From assembly GCA_020632135.1 (NCBI GenBank), contig JACKGC010000001.1:244241-308240 (forward strand): 64,000 nt of DNA, written 5' to 3'. A program made the position numbers and the translations under genes. Below are positions 1 through 8,866 of this stretch, one piece after another; position 1 is the first letter of the stretch, and each line of letters begins with the position of its first letter. This stretch comes from Candidatus Nomurabacteria bacterium. Its GTDB lineage: Bacteria > Patescibacteriota > Minisyncoccia > Phycocordibacterales > UBA918. The notes under the pieces were generated by a model. The model searched no databases. It was not told where the DNA came from and saw nothing but the letters and a program-made list of their open reading frames with translations.

Positions 1-77
1 CCATGTTCTCCATCAACTTCACTGGACTCAATGAAGCAGCCGTGACGACCATGCTAAGTACGATGTTGGTTGAATAA
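1..77 (+). CDS. 3' end of an unidentified CDS (partial; continues upstream of the window)
   Basis: Frame open from the window edge, TAA at 75-77, followed directly by a terminator hairpin. Confidence 0.3.
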   Translation, partial: MFSINFTGLNEAAVTTMLSTMLVE

Positions 78-108
78 AAAAGCCCGCGGCTTTGCCGCGG
101 GCTTTTTT
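75..108. terminator. Rho-independent-type terminator (bidirectional)
   Basis: aaaaaagcccgcggc-tttg-ccgcgggctttttt: GC stem flanked by an A-run and a T-run, between convergent genes. Confidence 0.65.
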
Positions 109-445
109 ATTCTTCCTCACTAGTTCGACTCTTCCAACCGGCTGCTGGTGCGGTGGAGTTATTTGACTGTATGAACTCAAAACTACGGCGCAAACCTTCA
201 TACACTTCTTGCGCGGCCTGTAGCTCCTGCAGCAAACTCACCAACTGCGTAAGCAACGCAACCTGCAGCAACAACTCCTCGCGGTTTGGCTCTACGTTGA
301 TTGCGACCACATCTGCCACCAACCCTGTCTCTTGCTCCTGCGTCGCACCCTCAGCAAAGCCGATGGCCGGCATCAGAAGCGCCGCCACTAAGAACGGTAC
401 GAGCAGTAGATGTCGTGTTTTTTGGTGCGCCATACGTTTTTCCAT
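107..445 (-). CDS. Hypothetical secreted protein (signal-peptide-like N-terminus)
   Basis: ORF 107-472. Probable start MEKRMAHQKTRHLLLVPFLVAALLMPAIGFA, a hydrophobic signal-like segment. No recognisable domain. Confidence 0.45.
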   Translation of the reverse strand: MEKRMAHQKTRHLLLVPFLVAALLMPAIGFAEGATQEQETGLVADVVAINVEPNREELLLQVALLTQLVSLLQELQAAQEVYEGLRRSFEFIQSNNSTAPAAGWKSRTSEEE

Positions 446-562
446 GTCTGCATTATAGCAAACCGGGCACACTAGGGACGCGACGGTATACCACTACGCT
501 CTCATGCTTGCCCAGGATATACATTCCCATCGTCTTGCCTCCATGTCGCTTGTCCGGCGCCA

Positions 563-1183
563 CTATAGTGCACTTTCTCCTTCAAAATCCGGCGCCACTA
601 CCGCCCAAGTGTTGATCTCGGGGACTATCTTGAGGTACGCACTTTTTCCGACTGAAGGCTGGGTGGTCATTGGCTCACCAGGCGCTCGGTCGGCGTAGTT
701 AAACACCACCACGCGCACGTGGCGCGGGTTTGGGCTGAGGGTCGTCGGCTGTGGCGCAATGCGGTCACCAAGCAAGAAGCCATCGGAGCCAACGTATCCT
801 TCCTCTGTCTGCAGGGCTGCCACGGCGTAGTAGAACGTGCCGGTACCGCCAGTTTCCTGCGTCAACACAAACGCCACGTCTTCATCGCCATCACCGTCGA
901 GGTCGGTCACAAGTTCGTTGCCAAAGTAGCGAGTAATGAGCTTACTCGCCGAGTCAGGCGCTACTTCACTTTCAACGTAACCATCCACGAGCTGCACCCG
1001 CTGCCCTTCGATCAGATACGCTGCATTTTTAGGGTCGTTCCCTGGTGCAGTCTCGAGCTGCTCATCACCAACGCCAACAACATCCTCCACCTCAGTCACC
1101 TCCTCTCCACCGCCCTGCCAAAAGAACAGCACTACCCCAGCAACCAGCATCACAAACAAAACTACAGTGACAAAATTTTTCAT
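563..1183 (-). CDS. Hypothetical membrane-anchored protein
   Basis: 206-aa ORF with N-terminal TM helix MKNFVTVVLFVMLVAGVVLFFW. No recognisable motif. Confidence 0.55.
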   Translation of the reverse strand: MKNFVTVVLFVMLVAGVVLFFWQGGGEEVTEVEDVVGVGDEQLETAPGNDPKNAAYLIEGQRVQLVDGYVESEVAPDSASKLITRYFGNELVTDLDGDGDEDVAFVLTQETGGTGTFYYAVAALQTEEGYVGSDGFLLGDRIAPQPTTLSPNPRHVRVVVFNYADRAPGEPMTTQPSVGKSAYLKIVPEINTWAVVAPDFEGESAL

Positions 1184-1207
1184 AAGATAAGTATAGCAAG
1201 GTGAAAC

Positions 1208-1642
1208 TTATGCTTCACAAATTTCCTTCAGTGTCTTGAGCGCCTGTGGCCACATCTCAGTAAACATCTCCTCGTACTCCTTTGCCATATCTACTTCTAC
1301 CAAAACGTGCGTGCCGCCGTCTGCTTCGGTGAAGGTGTAATTTTCATACGTTGGAAACCAATCCTTGCCTTGTTCACTTGGCTGCCCGTTTTCGATCATG
1401 CCCAGATGTCTGATCGAGATGAATTCTTGGGGGCGATTCTCTGCGATCTCTGCGATCATGCCACCACCCTCTGGACCAAGAAATCGAATCTCGCTTCCCT
1501 CTTCCCACGACCCTTCATAGGTCGAACCTGGAGAAAACACAGCGGTCCACTGTTCGTACGTTCCCTTCTCCAACATCGTACGCCACACCTTTTCAGCAGG
1601 TGCAGCAATGTCAATCTCAAACGTTAGTTTTTTAGTTGCCAT
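1208..1642 (-). CDS. SRPBCC / AHSA1 (Aha1-YndB-like) domain protein
   Basis: 144 aa. The pattern LTFEIDIAAPAEKVWRTM...W...F..G..IRF is typical of the SRPBCC START-like fold. Confidence 0.65.
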   Translation of the reverse strand: MATKKLTFEIDIAAPAEKVWRTMLEKGTYEQWTAVFSPGSTYEGSWEEGSEIRFLGPEGGGMIAEIAENRPQEFISIRHLGMIENGQPSEQGKDWFPTYENYTFTEADGGTHVLVEVDMAKEYEEMFTEMWPQALKTLKEICEA

Positions 1643-1770
1643 TTTTTTAATGATTAGGAGTTACTAAGTAGTTTATCTATCATACGCGCATTCGCTGAAA
1701 TGGGAAGTGCAAGCGTCCCGACGGTACTTTCCCAAACGGACCATAAGGCAACAGCAGTGTAACTTGTATC

Positions 1771-1804
1771 AAAAGACCGGCGCCCTTCGGGCGCCGGTCT
1801 TTTG
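1771..1804. terminator. Rho-independent-type terminator
   Basis: aaaagaccggcgccc-ttcg-ggcgccggtctttt, immediately downstream of the 1813-2583 gene. Confidence 0.65.
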
Positions 1805-1812
1805 TCTTTCTT

Positions 1813-2583
1813 TTACTTCTTCTTCGCCACTTTCTTCGCAGCTTTTTTCGCTACTTTCTTCACCACCTTCTTTGCTGCTTTCTTGGCCACCTTTTTGGCC
1901 GCAACTTTCTTTACCTCTTTCTTAGCCACCGCCTTCTTCAACTTCTTCCCCTTTGCTTCTTTGGCTGGAGCTACCACAACTTCAGTCCCTACACTTTCTT
2001 CAGTCGGTGTCGTCTTTGGAGCTGAAGCACTCTTCAAGATAGCAAGTATTTCATTCACCTTGCTTTCGAGGGTTTGCACTTGCTGCAAAAGCGCTTGGTA
2101 GTCTCCGCTTGACTGACGGTCATTCCGTGATCCATCAAAGCTTCGTTCCGGCTTACGATCACTACGGTCCTGTGAAAAACGATCTCGTTTTCCAGCCCCG
2201 CCACGATCATCTGCCTTTCCGGCAAAGCACTCTCGGCAGAGAACCGGCTTTGAACCGTCTGGGCGAAACGGCACTTCGGCCGCCTTGCCACAGGCAGAAC
2301 AGGTGGTCTTGAATAGTTCCACCTCGCGCCGCTCGCCGCCCCGTTGCCCACCGAACCCACCACGGTCGCCACGACCACCGCCAAATCCGCCTCTATTTCC
2401 TTGACTATTCCGATCTCCCCGTCCACCGCGGTCGCCACGATCTCCCCCGCGATCTTTACTAAAGCCCGACTTCTTGCCGAACTTTTTCTTGGTGCCATAG
2501 TCAGCATCTGACTTTGGTCGTCCACCCACAAACTCGTCCCTATTTCGCAAGCCTCCCGGCCCGCCCTTTCTAAAGTTATCCAT
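1813..2583 (-). CDS. CxxC-x17-CxxC zinc-ribbon protein with RGG-rich N-terminus and Lys/Ala-rich histone-H1-like tail
   Basis: CSACGKAAEVPFRPDGSKPVLCRECF zinc ribbon. N-terminal GGDRGDRGGRGDR...GGFGGGRGDRGGFGG. C-terminal KKVAAKKVAKKAAKKVVKKVAKKAAKK. Confidence 0.75.
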   Translation of the reverse strand: MDNFRKGGPGGLRNRDEFVGGRPKSDADYGTKKKFGKKSGFSKDRGGDRGDRGGRGDRNSQGNRGGFGGGRGDRGGFGGQRGGERREVELFKTTCSACGKAAEVPFRPDGSKPVLCRECFAGKADDRGGAGKRDRFSQDRSDRKPERSFDGSRNDRQSSGDYQALLQQVQTLESKVNEILAILKSASAPKTTPTEESVGTEVVVAPAKEAKGKKLKKAVAKKEVKKVAAKKVAKKAAKKVVKKVAKKAAKKVAKKK

Positions 2584-2698
2584 CCCGCAACACTATGTCA
2601 CATCAGGTGTATTTGCAAGGAGTAGCTTAGGAGGTTAGACCTCTTAAGAAAATGGGGACGGTCCCTATTTTCTTAACTACGAGGTACGAGCGATAGAG

Positions 2699-2722
2699 AA
2701 TCTTATCATGTATGATAAGATT
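2699..2722. promoter_or_regulatory. Palindrome aatcttatcat-gt-atgataagatt (candidate operator)
   Basis: 11-bp arms with a 2-bp spacer, in the intergenic region upstream of the 1813-2583 gene. Shares its core with the 2829-2862 palindrome. Confidence 0.4.
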
Positions 2723-2828
2723 TATTGTGATTAATTTTGCTATGTATTGGAATTACCCATCAGAAAAAGCGGCGGGGTGCCGCATTTTCTGATTTAGAAA
2801 TCAAATTTTCAGATGAAGTACGGGGTGT

Positions 2829-2862
2829 CAGCAGATCTTATCATATATGATAAGATCTGCTG
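2829..2862. promoter_or_regulatory. Perfect 34-bp palindrome cagcagatcttatcata|tatgataagatctgctg
   Basis: Read directly. Contains the same ATCTTATCAT..ATGATAAGAT core as 2699-2722. Confidence 0.4.
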
Positions 2863-2881
2863 CTCTGGAAATTGACACAAG

Positions 2882-2909
2882 AAAAAAGACCCTCGACGGG
2901 TCTTTTTTC
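2882..2909. terminator. Rho-independent-type terminator downstream of rpsG
   Basis: aaaaaagaccc-tcga-cgggtctttttt. Confidence 0.65.
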
Positions 2910-2964
2910 TTGTCGGTGATTTCAGAATTGGATGCTGCGCTTCGTTGCGGCGCCAATTGTGGAA

Positions 2965-3438
2965 TTACCAAGCGAAGTGAGCAAACGCACGGTTGGCCTC
3001 CGCCATCTTGTGCATATCCTCCTTCTTCTTGATCGCCTCACCTTCTTCTTTGGCTGCCATCATGATCTCCTTGGCGAGCGCCTTGTGCATTGGGATTCCC
3101 TTCTGCTTGCGGGCTGCACCGATGATCCAACGGAGTGACAGTGAGACACGACGCTCTGGTCGTACTTCACGTGGTACCTGGTAGTTGGCTCCACCAACAC
3201 GGCGTGAGCGAACTTCCATCAGTGGGCCGGCGTTGCGCAGGGCGGTGTTGTATACCTCCACTGGGTCGTCGCCCGTTTCTTTGTCGTTCTTGATGATCTC
3301 GAACGCTCCGTACACGATCTTACGAGCCGTTTCCTTCTGGCCGCGAAGCATCACGTAGTTGATGAGTCGTTCGACATCTACCTGACCGTAGACGATGTCT
3401 GGTGACACCACTGGTCGTTTTTTGATTGGTCGTCGCAT
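2965..3438 (-). CDS. rpsG: 30S ribosomal protein S7
   Basis: 157 aa. The motifs [10 protein letters not shown] and [12 protein letters not shown] are characteristic of S7. Confidence 0.97.
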   Translation of the reverse strand: MRRPIKKRPVVSPDIVYGQVDVERLINYVMLRGQKETARKIVYGAFEIIKNDKETGDDPVEVYNTALRNAGPLMEVRSRRVGGANYQVPREVRPERRVSLSLRWIIGAARKQKGIPMHKALAKEIMMAAKEEGEAIKKKEDMHKMAEANRAFAHFAW

Positions 3439-3845
3439 TATTGATTTTCTTAACGAGCGTAGCGAGTTTTTGAAAATCTGTCGTTCCGAGGAGCGCGCCT
3501 TTCCTAGCGCGCATACCGAGGAACCAGGAGGTCCAAAGCTCGATCTGCTTGTCTTCTTAGTAAGTGACTAAGAACGAGGAGTTGTTATGAAAACAATCTT
3601 CATTCTTCGCATAATGGTCTCTCCTTGCGGATCACCACTCTATGATCTGTAGCGAATATAAACTATTTGTAATGTGATTTACGGATTTCGCTTTCCGTAG
3701 CTTTTTTGCCTTTTTCCAGCAAGCTGAATTTTCTTAACTGAGATGATATGCGAGGAAGACAAAGGAGAAAGTAGGAGACGTACATGCGTACGGTGACTAC
3801 TTTCGAGCCGTAGTCTGACAAAGCAGATCGGTCAGTTTAGGAAAA

Positions 3846-4259
3846 TTATTCGCCTTTTGGTTTTTTGGCTCCGTAGCGTGACCGACCCATGCGACGTTCA
3901 TCTACTCCAGTTGCGTCGTACTTTCCACGTACGATGGTGTAGTTAACGCCGATGTCCTTCACACGACCTCCGCGGACAAGCACCACTGAGTGTTCCTGCA
4001 GTGTGTGCTTGATACCTGGGATGTATGCGGTGATCTCCTGACCGTTACTAAGTCGGACACGAGCGATCTTTCGGATCGCTGAGTTCGGCTTACGTGGAGT
4101 CTTGGTGGTCACACGAGTACATACACCGCGCTTGAACGGAGAGAAGTAGCTGTTTGGCTGGTTCTTGATCTTATTGAATCCAGACTCCAAAGCCGCACGC
4201 TTACTCTTTCGTGCTTTGTCAGTTCGCTTCTTACGGGTTAATTGTTGAATTGTTGCCAT
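3846..4259 (-). CDS. rpsL: 30S ribosomal protein S12
   Basis: Start taken at [12 protein letters not shown] (ATG at 4259). [22 protein letters not shown] and [16 protein letters not shown] are characteristic of S12. Confidence 0.97.
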   Translation of the reverse strand: MATIQQLTRKKRTDKARKSKRAALESGFNKIKNQPNSYFSPFKRGVCTRVTTKTPRKPNSAIRKIARVRLSNGQEITAYIPGIKHTLQEHSVVLVRGGRVKDIGVNYTIVRGKYDATGVDERRMGRSRYGAKKPKGE

Positions 4260-4339
4260 AATTAAGCTCGCATACTGTACTATATTTAGGTTTTTTTGCA
4301 ACCAAACTACGTCTCCTACGCAGCACACTACAGACAAAG

Positions 4340-4372
4340 TATAAAAAAGCTGCCCGGAGGGGCAGCAAAAAA
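4340..4372 (-). terminator. Terminator downstream of the 4466-5377 gene
   Basis: gctgccc-ggag-gggcagc stem with a T-run on the minus strand. Confidence 0.55.
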
Positions 4373-4465
4373 GGGGAGTTCATCGAACAAGTCCGTCAAA
4401 GAAGTGGTGCACAGTCAGATACTCTTTAACGTACCAACATAACTATACGCCCAGTGTCGCAAAAA

Positions 4466-5377
4466 TCAACTCTTGCGGAGCGAACTATATATGCCTACGA
4501 TCGATTTGAAGTTCAGTGGGAACTCCAATACCACATGCAAGAAACTCAAGGAAAGCAACACGATAAAGCCAGTCTGATAGTCGATCAAGTAGACACCAAC
4601 CGCCACGGCATACAAACACCCAATAAGCATCGCCCGCTGCCAGCTAACCTGGTGCCATTCAATGATGGAGGTCTTTGAAAACCAGTTGAGATAGTGATAG
4701 GTATACACGAAGGCCAAGAACGGTGCGATGGTCGTGAGGAGCGTATCCATTGACACCGCCAGGATACTACTAAACGCCACGAGGATCCCGTCCACCAAGA
4801 TGCGGTCTGCACCGAGGAATTCAGGCCATAGATACTCGCGGGCACCCGGCAAGAGTAGGAGAGCCACGCCGCCAAGGAGAAAGAGGGCCGCGTTGTAGTG
4901 GCCGAGCTTGCTCTTGCTCTTGAGCGCACCAAACCACATAAACAAGATGGTAAAGAGGTACACGTGCGCAATGGTAGGTATGAGTAGTGCACCAGCGTAG
5001 CTCAGTGACGAACCCATCCACGGCACTAGGAGCACGATACCGCCAGCTAGGATGAAGAGTCGCTTCCACAAGGAACGTACAAATGCAGTACAAAATGCCA
5101 ACAGCAGCAAGATCCACACGAGCTCGGCCGCACTTGGAAAGAGTGCCACGCCTGAGTAGAGCAAAAAGAGTGAGCCAGCTATGAGATACCACGGGTCTTC
5201 AGGCAAAAGCGTGAAGTACTTGCGGTCGTGTAGCCACGAAATCTCGGTGAGGTAATGCAGTGGCCCAAGGAATGCATACGAAAAAAGCAGTAGCTCAAAC
5301 GGGACAAGCCAAGCTACAACGAAAGAAAAGCCGAGGAGTGCAAGATTGATCTGATCAACCCGGACAGTTGGATTCAT
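4466..5377 (-). CDS. Polytopic integral membrane protein, function unknown
   Basis: Start taken at MNPTVRV (ATG at 5377). About 8-9 hydrophobic helices. Stop of the upstream gene lies 4 nt before the start. Confidence 0.6.
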   Translation of the reverse strand: MNPTVRVDQINLALLGFSFVVAWLVPFELLLFSYAFLGPLHYLTEISWLHDRKYFTLLPEDPWYLIAGSLFLLYSGVALFPSAAELVWILLLLAFCTAFVRSLWKRLFILAGGIVLLVPWMGSSLSYAGALLIPTIAHVYLFTILFMWFGALKSKSKLGHYNAALFLLGGVALLLLPGAREYLWPEFLGADRILVDGILVAFSSILAVSMDTLLTTIAPFLAFVYTYHYLNWFSKTSIIEWHQVSWQRAMLIGCLYAVAVGVYLIDYQTGFIVLLSLSFLHVVLEFPLNFKSIVGIYSSLRKS

Positions 5378-5381
5378 ACAA

Positions 5382-6017
5382 CTAGAGACCGGCGAGAGTG
5401 GCAGCGAGCCAGGTGGTGAAGTTGTACAGTGGGTCGGCCAGCACAAAGAGGAACATGAAGATGATGATCATGAACGAAAGACCAACATTCTGCTCCATCA
5501 CGCGCCGCAAGCCATCATATTTCTGCGCCAACGAAAATGGCAAGACACTCGCCAGGATCTTGGAACCATCAAGCGGTGGAATGGGCACCAAATTGAAGAT
5601 GGCCAAGAAGATATTGAGCACGATGATCATGAAAGACAACTGGTAAAAGGTCTCGCTCAGCGGCAACACGTCAGCACTACGGATCAGGAGCGCAAAGATG
5701 ATCGCAATGAGGATATTCGTAGCTGGGCCGGCAGCAGCGACTATCGCCTCGCCCCACTTTTGGTTGCGGAGGTTGTATGGATTGTATGGCACCGGCTTGG
5801 CAGCCCCGAAAAGGATTGGAGATTGAGTGAGCACAAGCAAACCCGGAATAATGACCGACATGAGCGGATCAAGGTGCGGGATTGGATTGGCGGTGAGCCG
5901 GCCAGCCAGGCGAGCAGTTGGGTCGCCCAGCCAGTTGGCAGCATAGCCGTGGGCCATCTCGTGCATGACTACTGACATGATAAGAGCGACGATAAGTGCA
6001 ATGTCTGTTGGTTCCAT
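5382..6017 (-). CDS. Site-2 protease family (peptidase M50) zinc metalloprotease
   Basis: HEMAHGYAANWLGDPTA (HExxH in a TM helix) and the downstream LVPIPPLDGSKIL motif. Confidence 0.85.
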   Translation of the reverse strand: MEPTDIALIVALIMSVVMHEMAHGYAANWLGDPTARLAGRLTANPIPHLDPLMSVIIPGLLVLTQSPILFGAAKPVPYNPYNLRNQKWGEAIVAAAGPATNILIAIIFALLIRSADVLPLSETFYQLSFMIIVLNIFLAIFNLVPIPPLDGSKILASVLPFSLAQKYDGLRRVMEQNVGLSFMIIIFMFLFVLADPLYNFTTWLAATLAGL

Positions 6018-6127
6018 AGTGTTTCTTATAGTAGCGTAGAAATTTATGATAGCAAAGTTGCAAAAACGAGCCAGAGCCTATATACATATGAGCGGCACAT
6101 GATCCACCACAACCAGAGGAATGACAC

Positions 6128-6463
6128 ATGGAACAAACAAAAGTGGCTATGCAGTTGACCAACATGCAGGCGCTCCTGTATGCCTTGCCGCCACTCCAAG
6201 CCTACGCCCTAAAAAATGGCTGGGATAGCGCTTTCATCACTGCATTGATGCACTGGACCACCGACCGCGAGTCACGCCCACATCCCAGCTTTGCTTTATT
6301 GGGAGACCAGTCAGAAATGGCCGTAAGCTGGCGCGAGTTGGTTGGTGCGACACTTACCGACGCTACCTACTTGACCGACATGCAAATCGCCGCGCTCGAG
6401 CAGATACTTGACCAGGGTGTTGATCATTTTTCGGCTGTGGAGAGCTTGTTTGGTGGCGACTGA
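6128..6463 (+). CDS. Hypothetical protein
   Basis: 111-aa ORF followed by a terminator at 6486-6510. No recognisable motif. Confidence 0.4.
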   Translation: MEQTKVAMQLTNMQALLYALPPLQAYALKNGWDSAFITALMHWTTDRESRPHPSFALLGDQSEMAVSWRELVGATLTDATYLTDMQIAALEQILDQGVDHFSAVESLFGGD

Positions 6464-6485
6464 TCACCTTTTGCTCCTCTGCTGC

Positions 6486-6510
6486 AAACCCGCCGCTTGG
6501 CGGGTTTTTT
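6486..6510 (+). terminator. Rho-independent-type terminator
   Basis: aaacccgcc-gctt-ggcgggtttttt. Confidence 0.65.
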
Positions 6511-6562
6511 CTTGCTATTTATAAATACCATGGTAGTATACCCGCACTAAATACATTTATTT

Positions 6563-6805
6563 ATGGCAAAGCAATGCGACATCACCGGCAAGAAGACCCA
6601 GATCGGAGGCCGATACAGCAACCGCACTCGTGCGACGCAGTTTAATCCTGGTGGCAAAACCAAGCGCCAGCCAAACCTGCAGAAGAAGCGCATCTACGTC
6701 CCTGAGATCGACAAGACGGTGACGGTAAACGTTTCTGCAGCAGCACTGCGCACTATCGCGAAGAACGGTGCGTACGCAACACTGAAGAAAGCTGGACTTA
6801 TCTAA
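6563..6805 (+). CDS. rpmB: 50S ribosomal protein L28
   Basis: MAKQCDITGKKTQIGGRYSNRTRATQ... is typical of L28; 80 aa. Confidence 0.93.
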   Translation: MAKQCDITGKKTQIGGRYSNRTRATQFNPGGKTKRQPNLQKKRIYVPEIDKTVTVNVSAAALRTIAKNGAYATLKKAGLI

Positions 6806-6818
6806 GGTGGAATAACAT

Positions 6819-6849
6819 AAAAGCGCGGCCCTGCGGGCCGCGCTTTTAT
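6819..6849. terminator. Bidirectional terminator
   Basis: aaaagcgcggccc-tgc-gggccgcgctttt, between rpmB and the convergent MBL gene. Confidence 0.65.
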
Positions 6850-7709
6850 TTTTGCCACACTGTTTTTCCGTCCGTTTCAAAGGTGATGGTGCCCTGCGCA
6901 GCCGTGCTCACGATCTCTGCGCCCGCTTCGCGGGCGCGCGTCAGCACACCTTGCTTTGGATGCCCGTACCGATTGTCTTTCCCGGCTGACACTACCGCGT
7001 ATTGTGGCTGTACTGCGGCCAGAAAGGGCGCGCTGGAGGAAGTATCGGAACCGTGGTGGCCGAGTTTGAGGACTTCGCTTTGAAGGCCGGCGCCGAAGGC
7101 GCCGGCCAAATAGTCCTCGATCCCACTCGGCGCGTCGCCAGTGAGCATGAAGGCGATATCACCGTACTGCACTTGCAGGATGATCGATGCTGCGTTATTT
7201 TCCCAATTCGTCGTATCACCTTGCGGCGAAAGAATGCGTACCGTGGTCGACGCACCAAGCCGTATGACCTGCCCCGCTTGGGCGATGATGCGGCGGGCGG
7301 CTTCGCCGCCCGCCGCTCGTTGATACGCAACCGCAGCCGGCGCATCGTGTTCTGCAGCGGTCTCAACGAGTATCCCCACCTCATACCGCTCGAGCACATC
7401 CACCAAGCCCGCCACGTGGTCGGTGTCTGGGTGCGTCGCCACCACCACGTCAATGGATCGATCGAAGAACGAGCGTCCTTTCGCCAACTCACGCAGCACA
7501 CTAGCCGAGGGCCCGCCATCGACCAGCATTTCATACCCATCAGGTGTCATGATGTGAATGGCATCACCTTGCCCCACATCAAGAAAACGCACGGTAAGAA
7601 AACTACCAGCAGGGCCGGCCGCTGTCGCGGCCGGCCACCACACCACCCCCACTGTACAGAGCAGTAACCCAACAATGACTATCCGCGCGCCGATCACTCG
7701 TTCTGACAT
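6846..7709 (-). CDS. MBL-fold metallo-hydrolase, ComEC C-terminal (Lactamase_B) domain-like, membrane-anchored
   Basis: VRFLDVGQGDAIHI...DGG, ATHPDTDHVAG and KLGHHGS motifs resemble the ComEC beta-lactamase domain. N-terminal TM segment. Confidence 0.8.
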   Translation of the reverse strand: MSERVIGARIVIVGLLLCTVGVVWWPAATAAGPAGSFLTVRFLDVGQGDAIHIMTPDGYEMLVDGGPSASVLRELAKGRSFFDRSIDVVVATHPDTDHVAGLVDVLERYEVGILVETAAEHDAPAAVAYQRAAGGEAARRIIAQAGQVIRLGASTTVRILSPQGDTTNWENNAASIILQVQYGDIAFMLTGDAPSGIEDYLAGAFGAGLQSEVLKLGHHGSDTSSSAPFLAAVQPQYAVVSAGKDNRYGHPKQGVLTRAREAGAEIVSTAAQGTITFETDGKTVWQK

Positions 7710-7766
7710 GGCTCCATGATACAATGCGTACTAAGTAATAATTAGCCAGTAACCGCTCTTTTGTGC

Positions 7767-8345
7767 ATGAAATACGAACCTCTAACCTTTGACATCCCGG
7801 ACCTCGAAGGGATATCAGCCGACACGATCGAGAACCACCTTGCGCTCTACCAGGGCTACGTGAAGCACGTTAACCTCATTCGCGACAAGATTGCCGCCTA
7901 CAGCAACGACCCAGACAACAACGCCTTTGCCATCTCCGAGATGCAACGCCGCCTGGGCTTTGAGTTTGGTGGTATGCGCAACCACGAGTACTACTTCGCG
8001 CAGTTTGAAGGTGGCGCTAAGGAGCTACCCGATGATTCCCTTAAGCGTAAGCTTGAAGAGCAGTGGGGCTCTGTTGAGAACTGGCTCACGCGCTTTAAGG
8101 AGGTCGCTAAGACCCGCGGTGTAGGCTGGGCAATGCTCTACCATGATCCGCACACCGACCAACTCGTGCAGACTTGGGTGGATGAACAACACATGGGCCA
8201 ACTCGCCGACCTCGACATCGTCCTCGCGCTTGATATGTGGGAGCATTCGTACATGCGTGACTATGTTTCAGCCGATAAGGGCAAATACGTCGAAGCATTC
8301 TTCAAAAACCTCAACTGGGAGGTGGTGTCGGGAAGGTTGGTGTAA
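7767..8345 (+). CDS. Fe/Mn superoxide dismutase
   Basis: C-terminal DMWEHSYMRDY (D-x-W-E-H signature) and overall Fe/Mn SOD layout. Confidence 0.88.
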   Translation: MKYEPLTFDIPDLEGISADTIENHLALYQGYVKHVNLIRDKIAAYSNDPDNNAFAISEMQRRLGFEFGGMRNHEYYFAQFEGGAKELPDDSLKRKLEEQWGSVENWLTRFKEVAKTRGVGWAMLYHDPHTDQLVQTWVDEQHMGQLADLDIVLALDMWEHSYMRDYVSADKGKYVEAFFKNLNWEVVSGRLV

Positions 8346-8350
8346 CAAAA

Positions 8351-8388
8351 AGAAAATCGGCCGGCAGCTTCGCTGCCGGCCGATTTTC
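8351..8388 (+). terminator. Rho-independent-type terminator after SOD
   Basis: gaaaatcggccggcagc-ttcg-ctgccggccgattttc. Confidence 0.65.
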
Positions 8389-8428
8389 TGCCACGTCATT
8401 GCGAGGAGCGACGCGGCAATCCAGAGGT

Positions 8429-8706
8429 TCAGAGCATCTGTGTCAGATCTTGCCACTGTGGATCCTCTGCTTCAATTAAGGCTACCTTCTTCTTTCTTGA
8501 TCCAACTTTGCTCTCAGGATCGCCTGCTCCATCAGGGCGCACACTTCTGCGTAGACAAGAGTGTGTAGGTGGTATTTTTTTGGTAAAGCTATCTGCCGCT
8601 CCTTGAACATGTTTGGTCACCCGTTTTGCAACATTGCTGGTCACGCCAGTGTATGGGTGCCATTGCGTTTGTTAGTTATGCTGTAGACACAGGGTTGTTT
8701 CACCAT
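8429..8706 (-). pseudogene. GIY-YIG nuclease family (UPF0213-like) gene with at least 3 frame changes
   Basis: The pieces lie in different frames: MVKQPCVYSITNKRNG, YTGVTSNVAKRVTKH, FTKKYHLHTLVYAEV and SRKKKVALIEAEDPQWQDL. Together they rebuild a typical GIY-YIG protein. Confidence 0.72.
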
Positions 8707-8866
8707 AGTTACTTGCAGTATACCCTGGATTGCTTCGCTCCACTCCGTTACGCTCGCAAAGACGGCGGACCTTCGGGCCGCCGTCACAATTCTAGGGACT
8801 TACGAGGTCCCTAGATTTAGGCGGCTTTGCCTAGGGTTGCCCTAGGTGGAGCTAGTCTAGGCGGAG

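Noticed and set aside
1802-2101. Plus-strand ORF MSFFYFFFATFFAAFF...
   Set aside because: It is the antisense translation of the Lys/Ala-repeat tail of the 1813-2583 gene.
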